Positions 1 through 11,581 of a stretch of DNA of 64,000 nucleotides are shown piece by piece (the first letter of the stretch is position 1; each line of letters begins with the position of its first letter). The notes under the pieces are model-generated. The model made no database searches. It was given only the letters and a program-made list of their open reading frames with translations, and was not told the DNA's origin. A program made the translations under genes and the position numbers. Source of the stretch: a virus (lineage: Duplodnaviria > Caudoviricetes); the IMG/VR virus record IMGVR_UViG_3300021399_000106, positions 1-64,000 of that record; one strand, given 5' to 3'.

Positions 1-55
1 AGGATAGGCAAGATAAAGCAGATAGAAAACAAAAGCAGAAGGGTTGGGACTAAAT

Positions 56-924
56 ATGAAAAAGTATTTCTATGATGAAGCAGTTAAATATTTAGAACAA
101 AATGGAATAGGTTGCGACCCTTGCGAAGATTTAGAGGGTGAATATGTTTGCGACTTATTAGATGATGAATATGATGGATGCGATAATGCAACAGATGAAG
201 TTTACTATTATGAAAAAACATTACAATACATAATTAAAAGAACTCAAAATTATATAAATGAATTAAAGGGAGAAGATTAATATGGATAAAAGATTAAATG
301 ATGTAGATGTTGTAGAATTTGCAGAATACATAGTTGTATTAGAACATATTAAGAATACACCTAGTGGTGCACCTAGATATGAAGCAACAATAATATATAA
401 TGGTCAAGGCAAAGGAATTAATCGAGCTGGACACAAATATAGATTCACAGGTCATTATCTAAGTGAAAGACAAGAAGCTGAATATATTTTAGAACAATAT
501 TTAAAGGAGATGAACTAATATGGTAGTAAAAGTAAGATTCAGAATTAAAATAAATGGTGAATGGATAATTAAAGAAGCTATTGCAGATAATGAAGATTCT
601 ATAAAAGAGTTTTGTAGAAAGAATGATAAAATAGAAGATTGGGAAATTATTTCTACAGAGGAATTGAGTAAATAATATTCTACCATATATATAGTATAAG
701 AAGAAAAGAGGTAATAAAGTATGATGAATGTTTATGAAACTACAAAGATATTAGGTGCAGCTTTTAATGCTGATAAATTTGAACTTTACTTAGTTAATGA
801 AATAGATAAAATAGATGATGAGATGTCTAAGTTAGAACCTAATAATTATAAATATGAGGAATTGAAAATTAGAAAAAATACTCTACAAGAGATAAGGGAG
901 AAATATTATAATTTAAAAAAATAA
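56..924 (+). other. cluster of short hypothetical phage ORFs (56-280, 282-518, 721-924)
   Basis: abutting ORFs with RBS-like purine runs; no recognisable motifs. Confidence 0.6.
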
Positions 925-1013
925 ATTGTATAATTATATGTGATAGAAATATCACACAATCACCTCCCTTTCAGAGATAGGCTCAATTCCTCCTGGGCCT
1001 ATCTCACTTAAAT

Positions 1014-1104
1014 AGGAATATAACACAAAAGGCAGTGTATCGATCCAAGCTCTAAGAAAGTGAAAGGATGCGAGTATGTTGGTTCGAATCCATCTATTCC
1101 TACC
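1014..1104 (+). ncRNA. tRNA-like RNA with enlarged, irregular anticodon arm
   Basis: acceptor AGGAATA/TATTCCT+ACC, D-arm ACAC..GTGT, T-loop GGTTCGAATCC. Confidence 0.55.
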
Positions 1105-1251
1105 TCCTCCTATTAAAACGATTCATATTTTTTGAGAATTAAGTTACTTAAATACTTTTTTATTTAGGTAACTTTTTTCTTTTAGCTCTTTATTTTTCTT
1201 AAAAAATATATTATAATTAATGTGTAAATAATAAATAAGGAGGAATTTATT

Positions 1252-1689
1252 ATGGAAAAAAATTTATTATTAGAGAGTAAGGAAATTATTAAGAAATTCT
1301 TACAACAAAGAAAAATTGAAGTTGAAGTTGAAAATATTGAATATGTAAAATACTTCGATGAGAAAGGTGCTTATTATCATTCTATATATAATGGTCCTAA
1401 AAGAACATTTGGTTTTAGCTTATTTAAAATAGCTAATTCAAATAAACATATTCTACTTGAAGATGAAGATTTTGTTTGGGGAGGAGGAAGAATTCCTAGA
1501 TTTATAGTTCTATTTAATGCTAATGATATTACATTTAGTACTTATCGTTATGGAACAAAAAGTCAAGGTCAATATTTTGATAATGATTATACTTTAATGG
1601 GTATAGATTATGAAAGACTAGATTTAATAAATGAAGTTAAAAATTATCTAATTGAAAATAAATATATAAAATTATATCCAACTAAATAA
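1252..1689 (+). CDS. hypothetical protein
   Basis: ORF, RBS AGGAGG. Confidence 0.75.
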   Translation: MEKNLLLESKEIIKKFLQQRKIEVEVENIEYVKYFDEKGAYYHSIYNGPKRTFGFSLFKIANSNKHILLEDEDFVWGGGRIPRFIVLFNANDITFSTYRYGTKSQGQYFDNDYTLMGIDYERLDLINEVKNYLIENKYIKLYPTK

Positions 1690-1704
1690 AAATTATTTTA
1701 AGGA

Positions 1705-1743
1705 TTGATTTTCAATCCTTTTTATATTATAATATATATGTAA
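1705..1743 (+). promoter_or_regulatory. sigma70/A-type early promoter TTGATT-N17-TATAAT(-TGTAA); copies at 2561, 4248, 5519, 7513, 9155, 9604, 10704, 35795, 39407
   Basis: identical -35 TTGATT and 17-nt spacing at 10 intergenic sites, each before an RBS+ORF. Confidence 0.8.
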
Positions 1744-1763
1744 ATATAAAGGAGGAATAATAT

Positions 1764-2531
1764 ATGAAAAATTTATTTTACAAAGGTGCAATTAATAAGA
1801 GAAGTGGAAAGGCATTATTTAATTTCTTAAACAATCATTTCACTTATTACACAATGAATAGTTGGAATGGTTTAGAAAGTATCGCTAATAAAGTTAAAAT
1901 TTATGAATTAGGTTTAGAAGGCGATAAGTGGTTAGCATTAGGATTATTACAAAATGATGATTACGAATCTCTTAATAGAATGATTTATAATTGGGAAGAA
2001 GAACATCCTAATTACGAAGTTGTTTTTAATGGCAGAAGTGGTGGTTATCTAGTATTAACTAATAAGAATGATAATATAAATGTTATTCCTAATTGGATTA
2101 GTGATTATGATAATTATGAAGACTTCAAAGCTAATGTAAAAGATTATTATGAAACTATTAAAAATTGTTTAGATGATTTAAACTATTATGTAGAGTTAGT
2201 TCAAAGTTTCGATAAGTTATGTGATGAAATTAGAGAATACGTTAACGAGTTATCCTTAACTGATAAAGAGAAGTTAGCAGAAGATGAGTTACAAGGTATC
2301 GTTGATAATTTCAATTATGCTTATGAACAAGATTTAATGAATATGCAAATTGAAGAATTAGAAGTTAGTAAAGATGATAAAGGTTATTATATTGATACAA
2401 ATCAATTAACTAAATCTAATTCATTAAGTGATTGCTTTGATAGATTACTTGACAAATTCGATAACGCGATATCATTATTCAATGCTAAATATGATGAAAA
2501 TAACATATTAAGATTAGAATATAAAGGTTAG
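1764..2531 (+). CDS. hypothetical protein
   Basis: 255-aa ORF, RBS, FNGRSGGYLV motif of unknown role. Confidence 0.8.
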   Translation: MKNLFYKGAINKRSGKALFNFLNNHFTYYTMNSWNGLESIANKVKIYELGLEGDKWLALGLLQNDDYESLNRMIYNWEEEHPNYEVVFNGRSGGYLVLTNKNDNINVIPNWISDYDNYEDFKANVKDYYETIKNCLDDLNYYVELVQSFDKLCDEIREYVNELSLTDKEKLAEDELQGIVDNFNYAYEQDLMNMQIEELEVSKDDKGYYIDTNQLTKSNSLSDCFDRLLDKFDNAISLFNAKYDENNILRLEYKG

Positions 2532-2617
2532 GAGTAATCCTAACTTTTTTATTTTAAGGATTGATTTATTGATTATTTTATTATATAATTATTATGTAAA
2601 TAAGGAGGACATATAAT

Positions 2618-3016
2618 ATGAAAGAAATTAATTATATGAAAGGTCAATTAGAATTAATGAATAAAAAGGAAGTTGAAAATGTTTACTATAATTGGTGTAA
2701 GGCAAATGGAAAAAAGGTAGCAAAAAGGGAAATTAAAGGTTTAACAAAGGAATCAATTATAGATAAGTATATAGTAGCAAGAAATAAAAAGATGATATGG
2801 GGGTAGAAGAATATGGAAGTTAAATTATACACAAAGAAAGAAGCTAAAGAAATAATTAAGAATCATCCAGATAAGACTTTAAGAACAAAATGTGTAGTAG
2901 TAGACCTTGTTCAAGACAACGATGGTATGGACCATGAGAAGAGAATGTATTACATTGTAGAACTTATACGTAAAGGATGTTATATTTATTCAGTTTTATT
3001 TAAGGAGAAAGAATAA
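2618..3016 (+). other. two short hypothetical ORFs (2618-2806, 2813-3016)
   Basis: ORF track, RBS. Confidence 0.6.
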
Positions 3017-3017
3017 T

Positions 3018-3512
3018 ATGGAAAAGACAATTTATGAAAGATATGCAAGTCAAATAAATAACTTACAAGCTCCAGGGATGCCAGATAACAAAGTAGCAAT
3101 ATTCGTTGGAAAAGATGTATATACAGAAAGTGGTAGATATACTCTTGGCATTAGAAAGATAAATGAAGGACCTGATTATTATATAAATAATAGTTTAATA
3201 CCTTGGGCATTCATGAATGGCATTTATTGTAAAGGAATGACTCATGGAAACTTTGTTGTAGAAAGATGTTATGATAAAGTAACTAATATACCAAATAAGA
3301 AAGAAGAAGATTATAGTTTAAATGTAGATGTTTTAAATTATGTAAATGCAGTTATGGTAGCTACTAACTTCTATAATAAAGAAATAGTTTCACATATTAC
3401 AATGGTATACTATATTGGTGAAGCAGATACATGTGGTGTAAGAGAATTTAAAGATGAAGAAGAATTTACAAAGGCAATTAAAGAAGATTTAGAATATTTA
3501 GAAGAGGAATAG
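3018..3512 (+). CDS. hypothetical protein
   Basis: ORF in operon. Confidence 0.7.
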   Translation: MEKTIYERYASQINNLQAPGMPDNKVAIFVGKDVYTESGRYTLGIRKINEGPDYYINNSLIPWAFMNGIYCKGMTHGNFVVERCYDKVTNIPNKKEEDYSLNVDVLNYVNAVMVATNFYNKEIVSHITMVYYIGEADTCGVREFKDEEEFTKAIKEDLEYLEEE

Positions 3513-3515
3513 AAA

Positions 3516-4223
3516 ATGGAAAGTAAATTATTTGAAACGATATATAATAATTTAAAAAGTAGAGTTGATTGGTGTAATAAAACTTTAGGTCCTATAAAAA
3601 GCAAAGCTGATTTGGAGAAGATGAGTTTAAAAAAATATCAAGCTATATTAAAGATGTGTAAAACATTAATGAGTGATATGGATAAAATTTATACAGAGCT
3701 TAATCACATTTATGGAATGGGAAACTTAACAGTTCAGCAACAAAGTAAGTTAATATCCATGATGAGAAAGTTTACAAATTATAGAAGTGATATAAAATGT
3801 TTAGCTTCTCATAAAGATATTAACAGTGTTCCTAATATTCCTTCAACTTCAACTTATCAATTATCAGTATTAGCAGATACAGTATTAAGTAGATCAGTAA
3901 GATGCGATAAGTCAAATAAGGAAACAGATGATACTGAAATAAATAATATACTACCATATTATAGCTTTGAAGGAAGCTCAAAGATGAAGGTTACAGTTGA
4001 TATCACAGATCAAGAGAACATTAAGAACGTTTGGAAAGTTGTTGGACTAGCAATGGAACAAAACGTAGGAACAATGACTCGATTTAGAAATCAGATCTTT
4101 AAACTTGGTGATCATTATGGACTTAAATGGGATTTAGTTTCGCCTGGAAAGATTGTTGGAACACTCGTTAACGATAAACATCAAAGAGTAGCAAGATTCA
4201 GAAGTTTAGTAAAGATAGGATAA
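3516..4223 (+). CDS. hypothetical protein
   Basis: 235-aa ORF followed by terminator hairpin. Confidence 0.75.
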   Translation: MESKLFETIYNNLKSRVDWCNKTLGPIKSKADLEKMSLKKYQAILKMCKTLMSDMDKIYTELNHIYGMGNLTVQQQSKLISMMRKFTNYRSDIKCLASHKDINSVPNIPSTSTYQLSVLADTVLSRSVRCDKSNKETDDTEINNILPYYSFEGSSKMKVTVDITDQENIKNVWKVVGLAMEQNVGTMTRFRNQIFKLGDHYGLKWDLVSPGKIVGTLVNDKHQRVARFRSLVKIG

Positions 4224-4307
4224 AACCTATCTTTTTTATTTTACATCTTGATTTATCATGAAAAACATCTTATAATATAAGTGTAAAAATAAAAGGAGGA
4301 CTTACAT

Positions 4308-4595
4308 ATGGAAAAGAAATATTTAGAATTAACTTATAATGGAAAATTAATTGGAGCATTCGAAGATGTTAAAGTATTCGAAGAAAGAGAAAACGAGATC
4401 TATTTAGAATGTGCAGATGGAAACTTCACAATTCCAAAGAATACAACATTACCTAGCTATTATGGAAAATGGTATAGCCCTCAATTACATTTAGGATTTG
4501 ATGAATACAATCTATGTGGAAGAAGAGCTTTAAGAAGACATTCAAATGATTTAGATAAAAGAATAGTAAAGAGAGTAGATTTAGGAGGTAAGTAA
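4308..4595 (+). CDS. hypothetical protein
   Basis: ORF, RBS, upstream promoter. Confidence 0.7.
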   Translation: MEKKYLELTYNGKLIGAFEDVKVFEERENEIYLECADGNFTIPKNTTLPSYYGKWYSPQLHLGFDEYNLCGRRALRRHSNDLDKRIVKRVDLGGK

Positions 4596-4596
4596 T

Positions 4597-4935
4597 ATGC
4601 CAAAGATTAATCAAGTATTAACAAAAGGTGATTTAAAATTCTTATATGATAATTGGGCAATGACTTGGGAAGGATTAACTGAGGAGTCTTTTGAGAAAGC
4701 ATTAAATCTTTGTGGAGGTGAAAATGCAAAAGGCTATTTAATAAAAGGAAAAGTTATGAATGCTCTTTGTAAATTAACTGGAAGCAATGCATATCCAGAT
4801 GATTTAAACATTTTTGCAATATATCCATTTAAAGGATTAGCAATGCAGTTTGGTGCAAGATGGATGTATGATATAATTGAGAATAATGCTTGGAGAGAAA
4901 ATTATAATCCATTTAATAAGAAGAATAATAAATAA
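4597..4935 (+). CDS. hypothetical protein
   Basis: ORF in operon. Confidence 0.7.
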   Translation: MPKINQVLTKGDLKFLYDNWAMTWEGLTEESFEKALNLCGGENAKGYLIKGKVMNALCKLTGSNAYPDDLNIFAIYPFKGLAMQFGARWMYDIIENNAWRENYNPFNKKNNK

Positions 4936-4969
4936 CTAAATTAAATAAAAGAAAGAAGGATTATAAATT

Positions 4970-5452
4970 ATGCCAAAATATACATTTGATTTTAATCTAC
5001 AAGCCTGGATTCAAAATCTTGAAATTGAAGCAGATAGTTATGAGGATGCAGTTCAAAAGTTAAACACTATGGACATTGACGATTTAATTTCTGATGGTTA
5101 CGTTAAGAGATATGATATCGACGATGTTGATTGTGAAAGTGATGAAGATGATTATGAGGAAGAAGATGAAGAGGAAGATGATTTTCTTGATGATGAAGAA
5201 GACATTGAAAACGAATCCTTAACTGAATCTGTTAAAACAGTTAACAATGGTAAATACACTATCAAATATAACGAAGATGAAATTAATGAGATAGATGCGA
5301 AAGAATTAGTAGATGAAATTGAAAGTAGTTATAGAGATGTTTTCGAAAACGTTAAAGAAGTTGATTTAACTAACGATGAATATTTCGTTATTGGAGATAA
5401 GAAGTATCAATATATTGGTGGAAGACTTTACTACTATAATGATTTAAAATAA
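4970..5452 (+). CDS. acidic protein, possible internal head protein
   Basis: D/E-rich linker, ENESLTES (L-x-E) motif, upstream ACTAAATTA. Confidence 0.6.
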   Translation: MPKYTFDFNLQAWIQNLEIEADSYEDAVQKLNTMDIDDLISDGYVKRYDIDDVDCESDEDDYEEEDEEEDDFLDDEEDIENESLTESVKTVNNGKYTIKYNEDEINEIDAKELVDEIESSYRDVFENVKEVDLTNDEYFVIGDKKYQYIGGRLYYYNDLK

Positions 5453-5572
5453 GAATTAAAATAAAGTGAATAGAAAAATTAGGATAAGAGTGTTCTTATC
5501 CTTTTTTGTTTTTAGAGGTTGATTTTTAAATAATTGTATTATATAATATATGTGTAATTAAGGATAAAGGAG

Positions 5573-6199
5573 ATGTTGTATATGAAAAAAATAACTAAAT
5601 TAATTAATGGAAGTATAGTAGTATTTGTAATTTGCTTAATAGCAGTGTTAACATTAACAAGTTGTGATAACACAAATGATAATTTAAGAAAAGGACAAGA
5701 TACTAACATAACAGAGATACAAGGAGATGAGTGTCAAGTGACAACAAAAGAACTTAATGAAGCAGTTGACTTAAGAGATGAAAATAATTTAAAAATTACA
5801 TTCACAATAAACGAAATACAAAAAAATGAAATTACTATTTATGAGTATAGTGTTTATAACGATAACTTTAAAATGGTATGTAATGGTGATGTTTTTGACT
5901 ATCGTAAAAAGTCAGAAATGGAAACTGTTTTAAATGTTTTTAATATTTATAGTGATAAAATTTCTAATAGTTTAAAATATGATAAAGAAACAAAAAGTTA
6001 CATATGTAAAGACATAGAAATACAAAACTATTATTTATATAATTTTAAAGTAACATTTCGAAATAAAATGTTAGTTGAGCTTTATACGGAAATATATAAT
6101 AAAGAAACAAAAGAATTAATTCAAACTGTTAATACAATTTATGAATATGATTGTGTAGAACCATTTGAAATACCAAATAAAGAAGAAATAAAGGATTAG
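5573..6199 (+). CDS. putative lipoprotein
   Basis: hydrophobic N-terminus ending in lipobox LTSC. Confidence 0.6.
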   Translation: MLYMKKITKLINGSIVVFVICLIAVLTLTSCDNTNDNLRKGQDTNITEIQGDECQVTTKELNEAVDLRDENNLKITFTINEIQKNEITIYEYSVYNDNFKMVCNGDVFDYRKKSEMETVLNVFNIYSDKISNSLKYDKETKSYICKDIEIQNYYLYNFKVTFRNKMLVELYTEIYNKETKELIQTVNTIYEYDCVEPFEIPNKEEIKD

Positions 6200-6219
6200 A
6201 GATAATCCTTTTATTTTTC

Positions 6220-6236
6220 ACTAAATTATTATATAA
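6220..6236 (+). promoter_or_regulatory. ACTAAATTA motif, candidate phage late promoter; also 4935, 11270, 22921, 27461, 34340, 39489, 50423, 51493, 61221
   Basis: recurs intergenically upstream of genes/RNAs, often followed by TTATATA. Confidence 0.5.
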
Positions 6237-6259
6237 TAAGTAAAGGAGTGATTTATTTT

Positions 6260-7480
6260 ATGCCAGTAACAGTAATGGATTGAGATAATAATACAGCTAA
6301 TTGTGTAAAAGGAATTAGTGATTACTCTATGCGTGATGCTTATAAAGATAATAACTTTTCATCATTTTATGATTATTTTGTTTATCCTTACTCTAAATCT
6401 AATATAAAAACTAGTGCCTTTAAATATAAACTTTCAACAGGTGATGATTATGTAACTTATCCTTTGGAGTATAATTTAACCTTAGATAAATATCCTACAG
6501 GTTGAGGAATACAGGAATGAAATAAGGCTATATTACTTAAAAATTTTAAATATAGTAGAACAAATAGTGGAGGAAGTCAAGATTTTTGTCCAGTACTTCT
6601 TGAACCTGGAACTGTTGTTTATGGTGGAACCTCAACTAGTGATACTTGTAAAGTTTTGAAATTTATTGGCGAGGATGTTACAATTGAAAGGGTAGATGAT
6701 TTTACATTAAAAATAAATAACGAACCTTATAGACGTTTACTTTTTAGAGATAGTTGTGTGCCAAAAAGATTGTATATTACTGTTCAAGCTGCCGGTGGAG
6801 GTGGTGGTGGTTCACAATATATGTTTATGAGTACAGGTATGGGTGGCTGTGGTGGAGCCTCTGGTGCTTATGCTTGTATGATTCTAGATTTAACTGCTGG
6901 TGATAGAATTTGACGTATAACTGGTGGAAAAGGTGGGGCCGGTGGTTATCATACTGGAACCAGTGGTAAACATGATGGAACTAAAGGAGATGCTACCTAT
7001 ATATCCTTACAAGTAAATGGGGAATGGCAAGACATTGCAACCCTATATGGTGGTGAAGGTGGATTAAGAGGTGACAATGGTTTTCATCAAAGAAATTCAA
7101 TTCCAGGTAAAATTGAATTCTACAATACAGATAAGAAATGATATTGGTGTCTGGAACATTCTCCTGAAAACACCGATACAGAATCTCCTGGACACGGTGG
7201 AACTGAAGGTAAAAAAGGTTCAGGTATTTCTACAAATGAAATGTTACTAGCTGATAATAGTAATAACATGTCAGGTTCTAAAGTTCAGTGACCAGCAACA
7301 TCTGGTAAAAGTAATAACAAAAAAGGTGGAGGAGGAGGCGAAGGTTTAGTGTCAGGAACAGGATATTTTGGAGGTCTTGGTGATGGTGGAAATGGTGGCG
7401 ATGCACCTGTTTCAAGTGGTGAAGATGGTAGAAAGGGTGATGATTCATCAATAACCATATACCTTCTATATGAAGAGTAA
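6260..7480 (+). CDS. glycine-rich protein, possible virion/tail-fibre-type (TGA=Trp)
   Basis: 406 codons open if 6 in-frame TGA are Trp; AAGGGGGG/GGxGGxG repeats; RBS AAGGAG. Confidence 0.75.
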
Positions 7481-7566
7481 ATAAATATAATAAAATAAAT
7501 TTATTTTAGGACTTGATTTTCAAGTCCTTTTATTATATAATAATATTGTAATAAGGAAATAGGTGA

Positions 7567-7863
7567 TTGGATATGAAGAATAGAAATTGCAAAATAGTAA
7601 AAGCTAGAAAGATTTATAAATGTGATTGTTGTAATTGTATGATTAATATAAATGATAGTTACTTAAGATTAAATATTAATAGAAAAGGTATATTCCATTT
7701 TTGTAAAGATTGTGAAGAGAATAATAAAGGTGGAATAATGCAAATTATAAAAGAAGATGAACTTGAATATAGTGAAGAAAAAGGTTCTGTATATGGAAAT
7801 TCAGCATTCTATGATGAAGAAGGTAAAGACATAACTGAAGACTTTGGATATAATGAATTTTAG
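7567..7863 (+). CDS. small Cys-rich (Zn-binding?) protein
   Basis: KARKxYKCDCC...HFCKDC. Confidence 0.6.
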   Translation: MDMKNRNCKIVKARKIYKCDCCNCMININDSYLRLNINRKGIFHFCKDCEENNKGGIMQIIKEDELEYSEEKGSVYGNSAFYDEEGKDITEDFGYNEF

Positions 7864-8313
7864 GAAAGGAATAATTAGATATGAGAAAGTTATATTATAT
7901 TGTATTTAATAATTGTGAAGGTTCATTTCCTCAAAGAGATAGTGAGAGTTATGACTATGATGAAGTTAAAAGAGAAGTAGATAAACTTAATTCTCAAAAT
8001 GATAATCCTTATTGTAATTACAGTGTAGGACAAAGAGAGGTAATGTAAAATGAAACAAATTAAATTCAAAGCTAGAAAAGTATCTAATAATAAAGTAGTA
8101 AGAGGTAATTGGTTTGTTGAATTAAGACCTAACAATCCACAAAGAATAGCAGAAATGTTAGTTGGAGAGAAACTTAAAAACTTTATGGTAGTTGTTAAAG
8201 ATGTAAAAACAAAGATGATAATGGAGGAAATTTAAATAACTAATTAAATATTAACAATTAAATAAAAAACTTAAAATAAAGGAAATTTGAAAGGTTTAAT
8301 TGTATAATATAAA

Positions 8314-8775
8314 TGTAATCAAGTGAAGCAACTATTAAGGATGTCCACTTCTATTAGGTCTAGCTAACTGAGATAGGTGAGGAAGGAATTAATAGTAGGG
8401 TTTGAAACCGGATGCGAGGCATGTAAGGTCCTACGTCGTAGTTTGGAGCCTAAGAGATGGTCTAGAACATCTTGTGTATCTTACGGTGGAGTCAATTCGA
8501 ATTATACGGCCACTTGGTTCGTCTCTAAGAGTATACAAAGTAAAGCCCTGGGGTAGAGCAATATTAAGAGTATCGTTAACACAACCGAACCGCTTTGTAT
8601 ACTGCTAGAGGCGAATAACCTCAAATTATTGAAATGTTGTTTTTTGAAATGTTGTTTTTCACAATATGAAAACTCTCCTGAACTAATGTAGCATCATTAG
8701 GGAGTGTAAAAACCTCAAGGTTAGTCCTTGTTCAGACTCCTCTGGTATATGGGTATGAGAGAAAAAATATACCAA
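8314..8775 (+). ncRNA. large structured ncRNA of unknown family
   Basis: GC-elevated non-coding stretch after TGTATAAT promoter; helices AGTATACAAAG/CTTTGTATACT, ACTATTAA/TTAATAGT, TGGTATAT/ATATACCA. Confidence 0.55.
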
Positions 8776-8783
8776 TTTAATAT

Positions 8784-8957
8784 GGGGCTACCCAAGAGAG
8801 AGGAGCACACGCTTTTAAACAAGTGGTAGCTAGAACCTTAATGTGGTTATCTACTGAGATATAATAGTATTGTTTGAAGTTCCGGATTAGTAAAACAATA
8901 AGTATGTATTTTGGTTTTTATTTGGTATTGTAAGTGCAAGTCTTACTGGCCCCGCCA
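8784..8957 (+). ncRNA. oversized (174 nt) tRNA-like RNA
   Basis: acceptor GGGGCTA/TGGCCCC+GCCA, T-arm GTAAG-TGCAAGT-CTTAC. Confidence 0.55.
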
Positions 8958-9216
8958 TATAAAAAATTACAAAGATAGAAAGATGCATATGATGATTGGG
9001 ACATTGTTACTTATTCACTAATGAATATCTTCTGTGGAATATTTAATACTTATAACTATACTCCATATTATGAAGAACATCCAGAAGAATTTGATTTCAA
9101 ACCTGTCAGAACTAAAGTAAGTGAAAAAAGTTATTAAAATATTAAAATTAGGACTTGATTTTTAACTAAAATTATTATATAATTAATTGTAGACAATAAA
9201 TAAGGAGGCAAATAAA

Positions 9217-9573
9217 ATGAAATATAATCTACAAGAAGCAATGAAAGAATTGAATAATGAGTATGAAAGAGAAGACATTTTCAGTCAAATTAGAAATGGC
9301 AAATTATTTGATATTTCTTATGAAAGTGGTAATGGAAATGAAGTTTTAACAACAACATTCCTTGCAAATAATGAAGAAGAAGCAAAGAATATGCTAATGT
9401 ATGAGATGGAAGATGACAATATTAACATTGTAGATGTCAAATTAAATGATGATTCAGGTTGGGGAGTTTTTAACGCTATATTAAATAATGTTAGAGACGA
9501 AGATAGAAATGATTTAGAAGGCATTATTATGAGAGCATTATATGATAGTAATATTATATATAAAAAGGATTAA
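9217..9573 (+). CDS. hypothetical protein
   Basis: ORF, RBS AGGAGG, promoter. Confidence 0.7.
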   Translation: MKYNLQEAMKELNNEYEREDIFSQIRNGKLFDISYESGNGNEVLTTTFLANNEEEAKNMLMYEMEDDNINIVDVKLNDDSGWGVFNAILNNVRDEDRNDLEGIIMRALYDSNIIYKKD

Positions 9574-9655
9574 TTTCTAATCCTTTTTTTTTATTTTTAG
9601 AGGTTGATTTAAAATGAATTGTATTATATAATATAAATGTAAATAACAACAAGGA

Positions 9656-10686
9656 GTGATTTATATGAAATTATATATGTTAACTGAATGGAATTCTGAA
9701 TATGGCTATGAAGAGATATGTGCTTTATCTACTAATAAAAAAGATTTAGAACCTTTTGACCCTGAGTATAATTCTATACAAGAGTTTGACTTACCTGAAG
9801 ATGGAAGTTTACATTTAAAACTTGTGTCAGGTCAATTTGAATTAGTGGATAAAGACGACAATATTATAAAAGAGGGAGTTAAACTTACTCATTAAATAAA
9901 GATAAGAGGTGATTGTTTATGACATTAAAGCAATTAGAAGAAATTAAGAAAATAGGAATACCTAGTGAAGAATTATTTCATGAAGTATGTGATGAATTAT
10001 TAAAGTATAAACAATTTGAAGAACAACAAATAGGTTGTCCTATAGAAGTTAGATGTGAGATATTACCTGATAGTTATATTTATACTTTTGGAACAAGTAT
10101 GGATACTATAGATGTTATTACTGGAAGAAAAGTTACTGCTATAAGTAGAGAAGGAATTCATATTTCATATGCTACTGCAAGTGGTAGAGAAAGAGATATG
10201 ACATTACCTTGGAGAGCTTATAAAAAGACTTGGTGGTTAAAATCAGATAGGAGTGAATAGTTATGACTAAATGTGATTTTTGTGTATATCAAACAACTTG
10301 TATATCAGCTGCAGGCAATACTAATTATAGACCCGATAGCTATGTAGGAAGTGAAGAATGTAGAGAAGCTCTTAAATCTTTTACAGAATATGTTATGTTA
10401 AAAGAGAGAAACAAGAGTAAAACAAAAACATATAATAAGAATATCAATTATAAGAAAAGATAATAAGAGAAATAATAGTATGAATAAATATGAAAATGCA
10501 TTAATAGAAATATTAAATGGTTTAGGTAATGGTAATTATAATTTATATCCTATTGAAGTAGACTTTGAACCAAAATATATATTATCTATTTCTACTGACG
10601 TCGATGATGATATAGCAATAACAGTAAGTGAAGAAACTTATAACTTATTAGTACAATTAGATAAGGATATAAATGGTAAGGAATAA
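9656..10686 (+). other. four short hypothetical ORFs (9656-9895, 9913-10260, 10263-10463, 10480-10686)
   Basis: ORF track, RBSs. Confidence 0.6.
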
Positions 10687-10760
10687 ATTATTTAAAATAA
10701 ATCTTGATTTTAATTTAATTTTATTATATAATATATTTGTAAAGGATAAGGTGATTAATT

Positions 10761-11216
10761 ATGTTAAAGAAAGTAAAAGAATTAACTGTAGAAGAACTAA
10801 TGGAATTAGGTAAAGCAGATAATGTAAGAAATTTAAGAATTACTATTCAAGATCCTAATACAGAAAATAAACATTGGGATGTTATTATTGGTGGAACTGG
10901 TTATCAAAGAAAATTATTTCTAGAAGATGAAGTAGAAGTTCCTGATAAGAAAACTAAACAATTAGATCCTTTATCTTATGTGTTAACTTATAGAATGCAT
11001 TATCAATATGGAAGAGTTGAATTTCTAGATAGAAATGATAGGATTATTCAAATAATAAATATTGATGACCTTACAAAAATTTCAGTTGACTTCTATTCTG
11101 AAAAAGTAGAATATAAAGAATTACTTCCTACAGATAATCCATACAGAGATGAAATAGTAGCTTGTATTAAATTTGTGGATAGAACTAAAGAAGAATTATT
11201 ACGTATAAAATCTTAA
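10761..11216 (+). CDS. hypothetical protein
   Basis: ORF, promoter, terminator. Confidence 0.7.
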   Translation: MLKKVKELTVEELMELGKADNVRNLRITIQDPNTENKHWDVIIGGTGYQRKLFLEDEVEVPDKKTKQLDPLSYVLTYRMHYQYGRVEFLDRNDRIIQIINIDDLTKISVDFYSEKVEYKELLPTDNPYRDEIVACIKFVDRTKEELLRIKS

Positions 11217-11311
11217 AATAGGTCTTCATTTAAAGAAGACCTTTTATTATATCCTAATTCACAATTATTACTAAATTATATATAATAATTTAAAATGAGG
11301 TTATGATATTT

Positions 11312-11551
11312 ATGACATATGAATCTACAAAAACTTTTAACTATAATGGTATTGAAGTTAAATATGACGCAGACTGAGATACTGCAAAAGATATAATGGA
11401 ACCAGTAAAAGATATTTATCAACAATATAAAGATAAATTAGATATTAAAGTTATAGACTTTTCTCAATATGATTTGAATTATTGTTTAATAGATGATAAA
11501 GTTTATAAGTTTAATCCAGATGATTATAAATGGTATCCTGAAGAGGAATAA
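11312..11551 (+). CDS. hypothetical protein (TGA=Trp), similar to C-terminal half of 4970-5452
   Basis: 79 codons with one in-frame TGA; RBS GAGG. Confidence 0.65.
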
Positions 11552-11581
11552 ATTTTAAATTTTGTTTAAGGATGTTTTATT

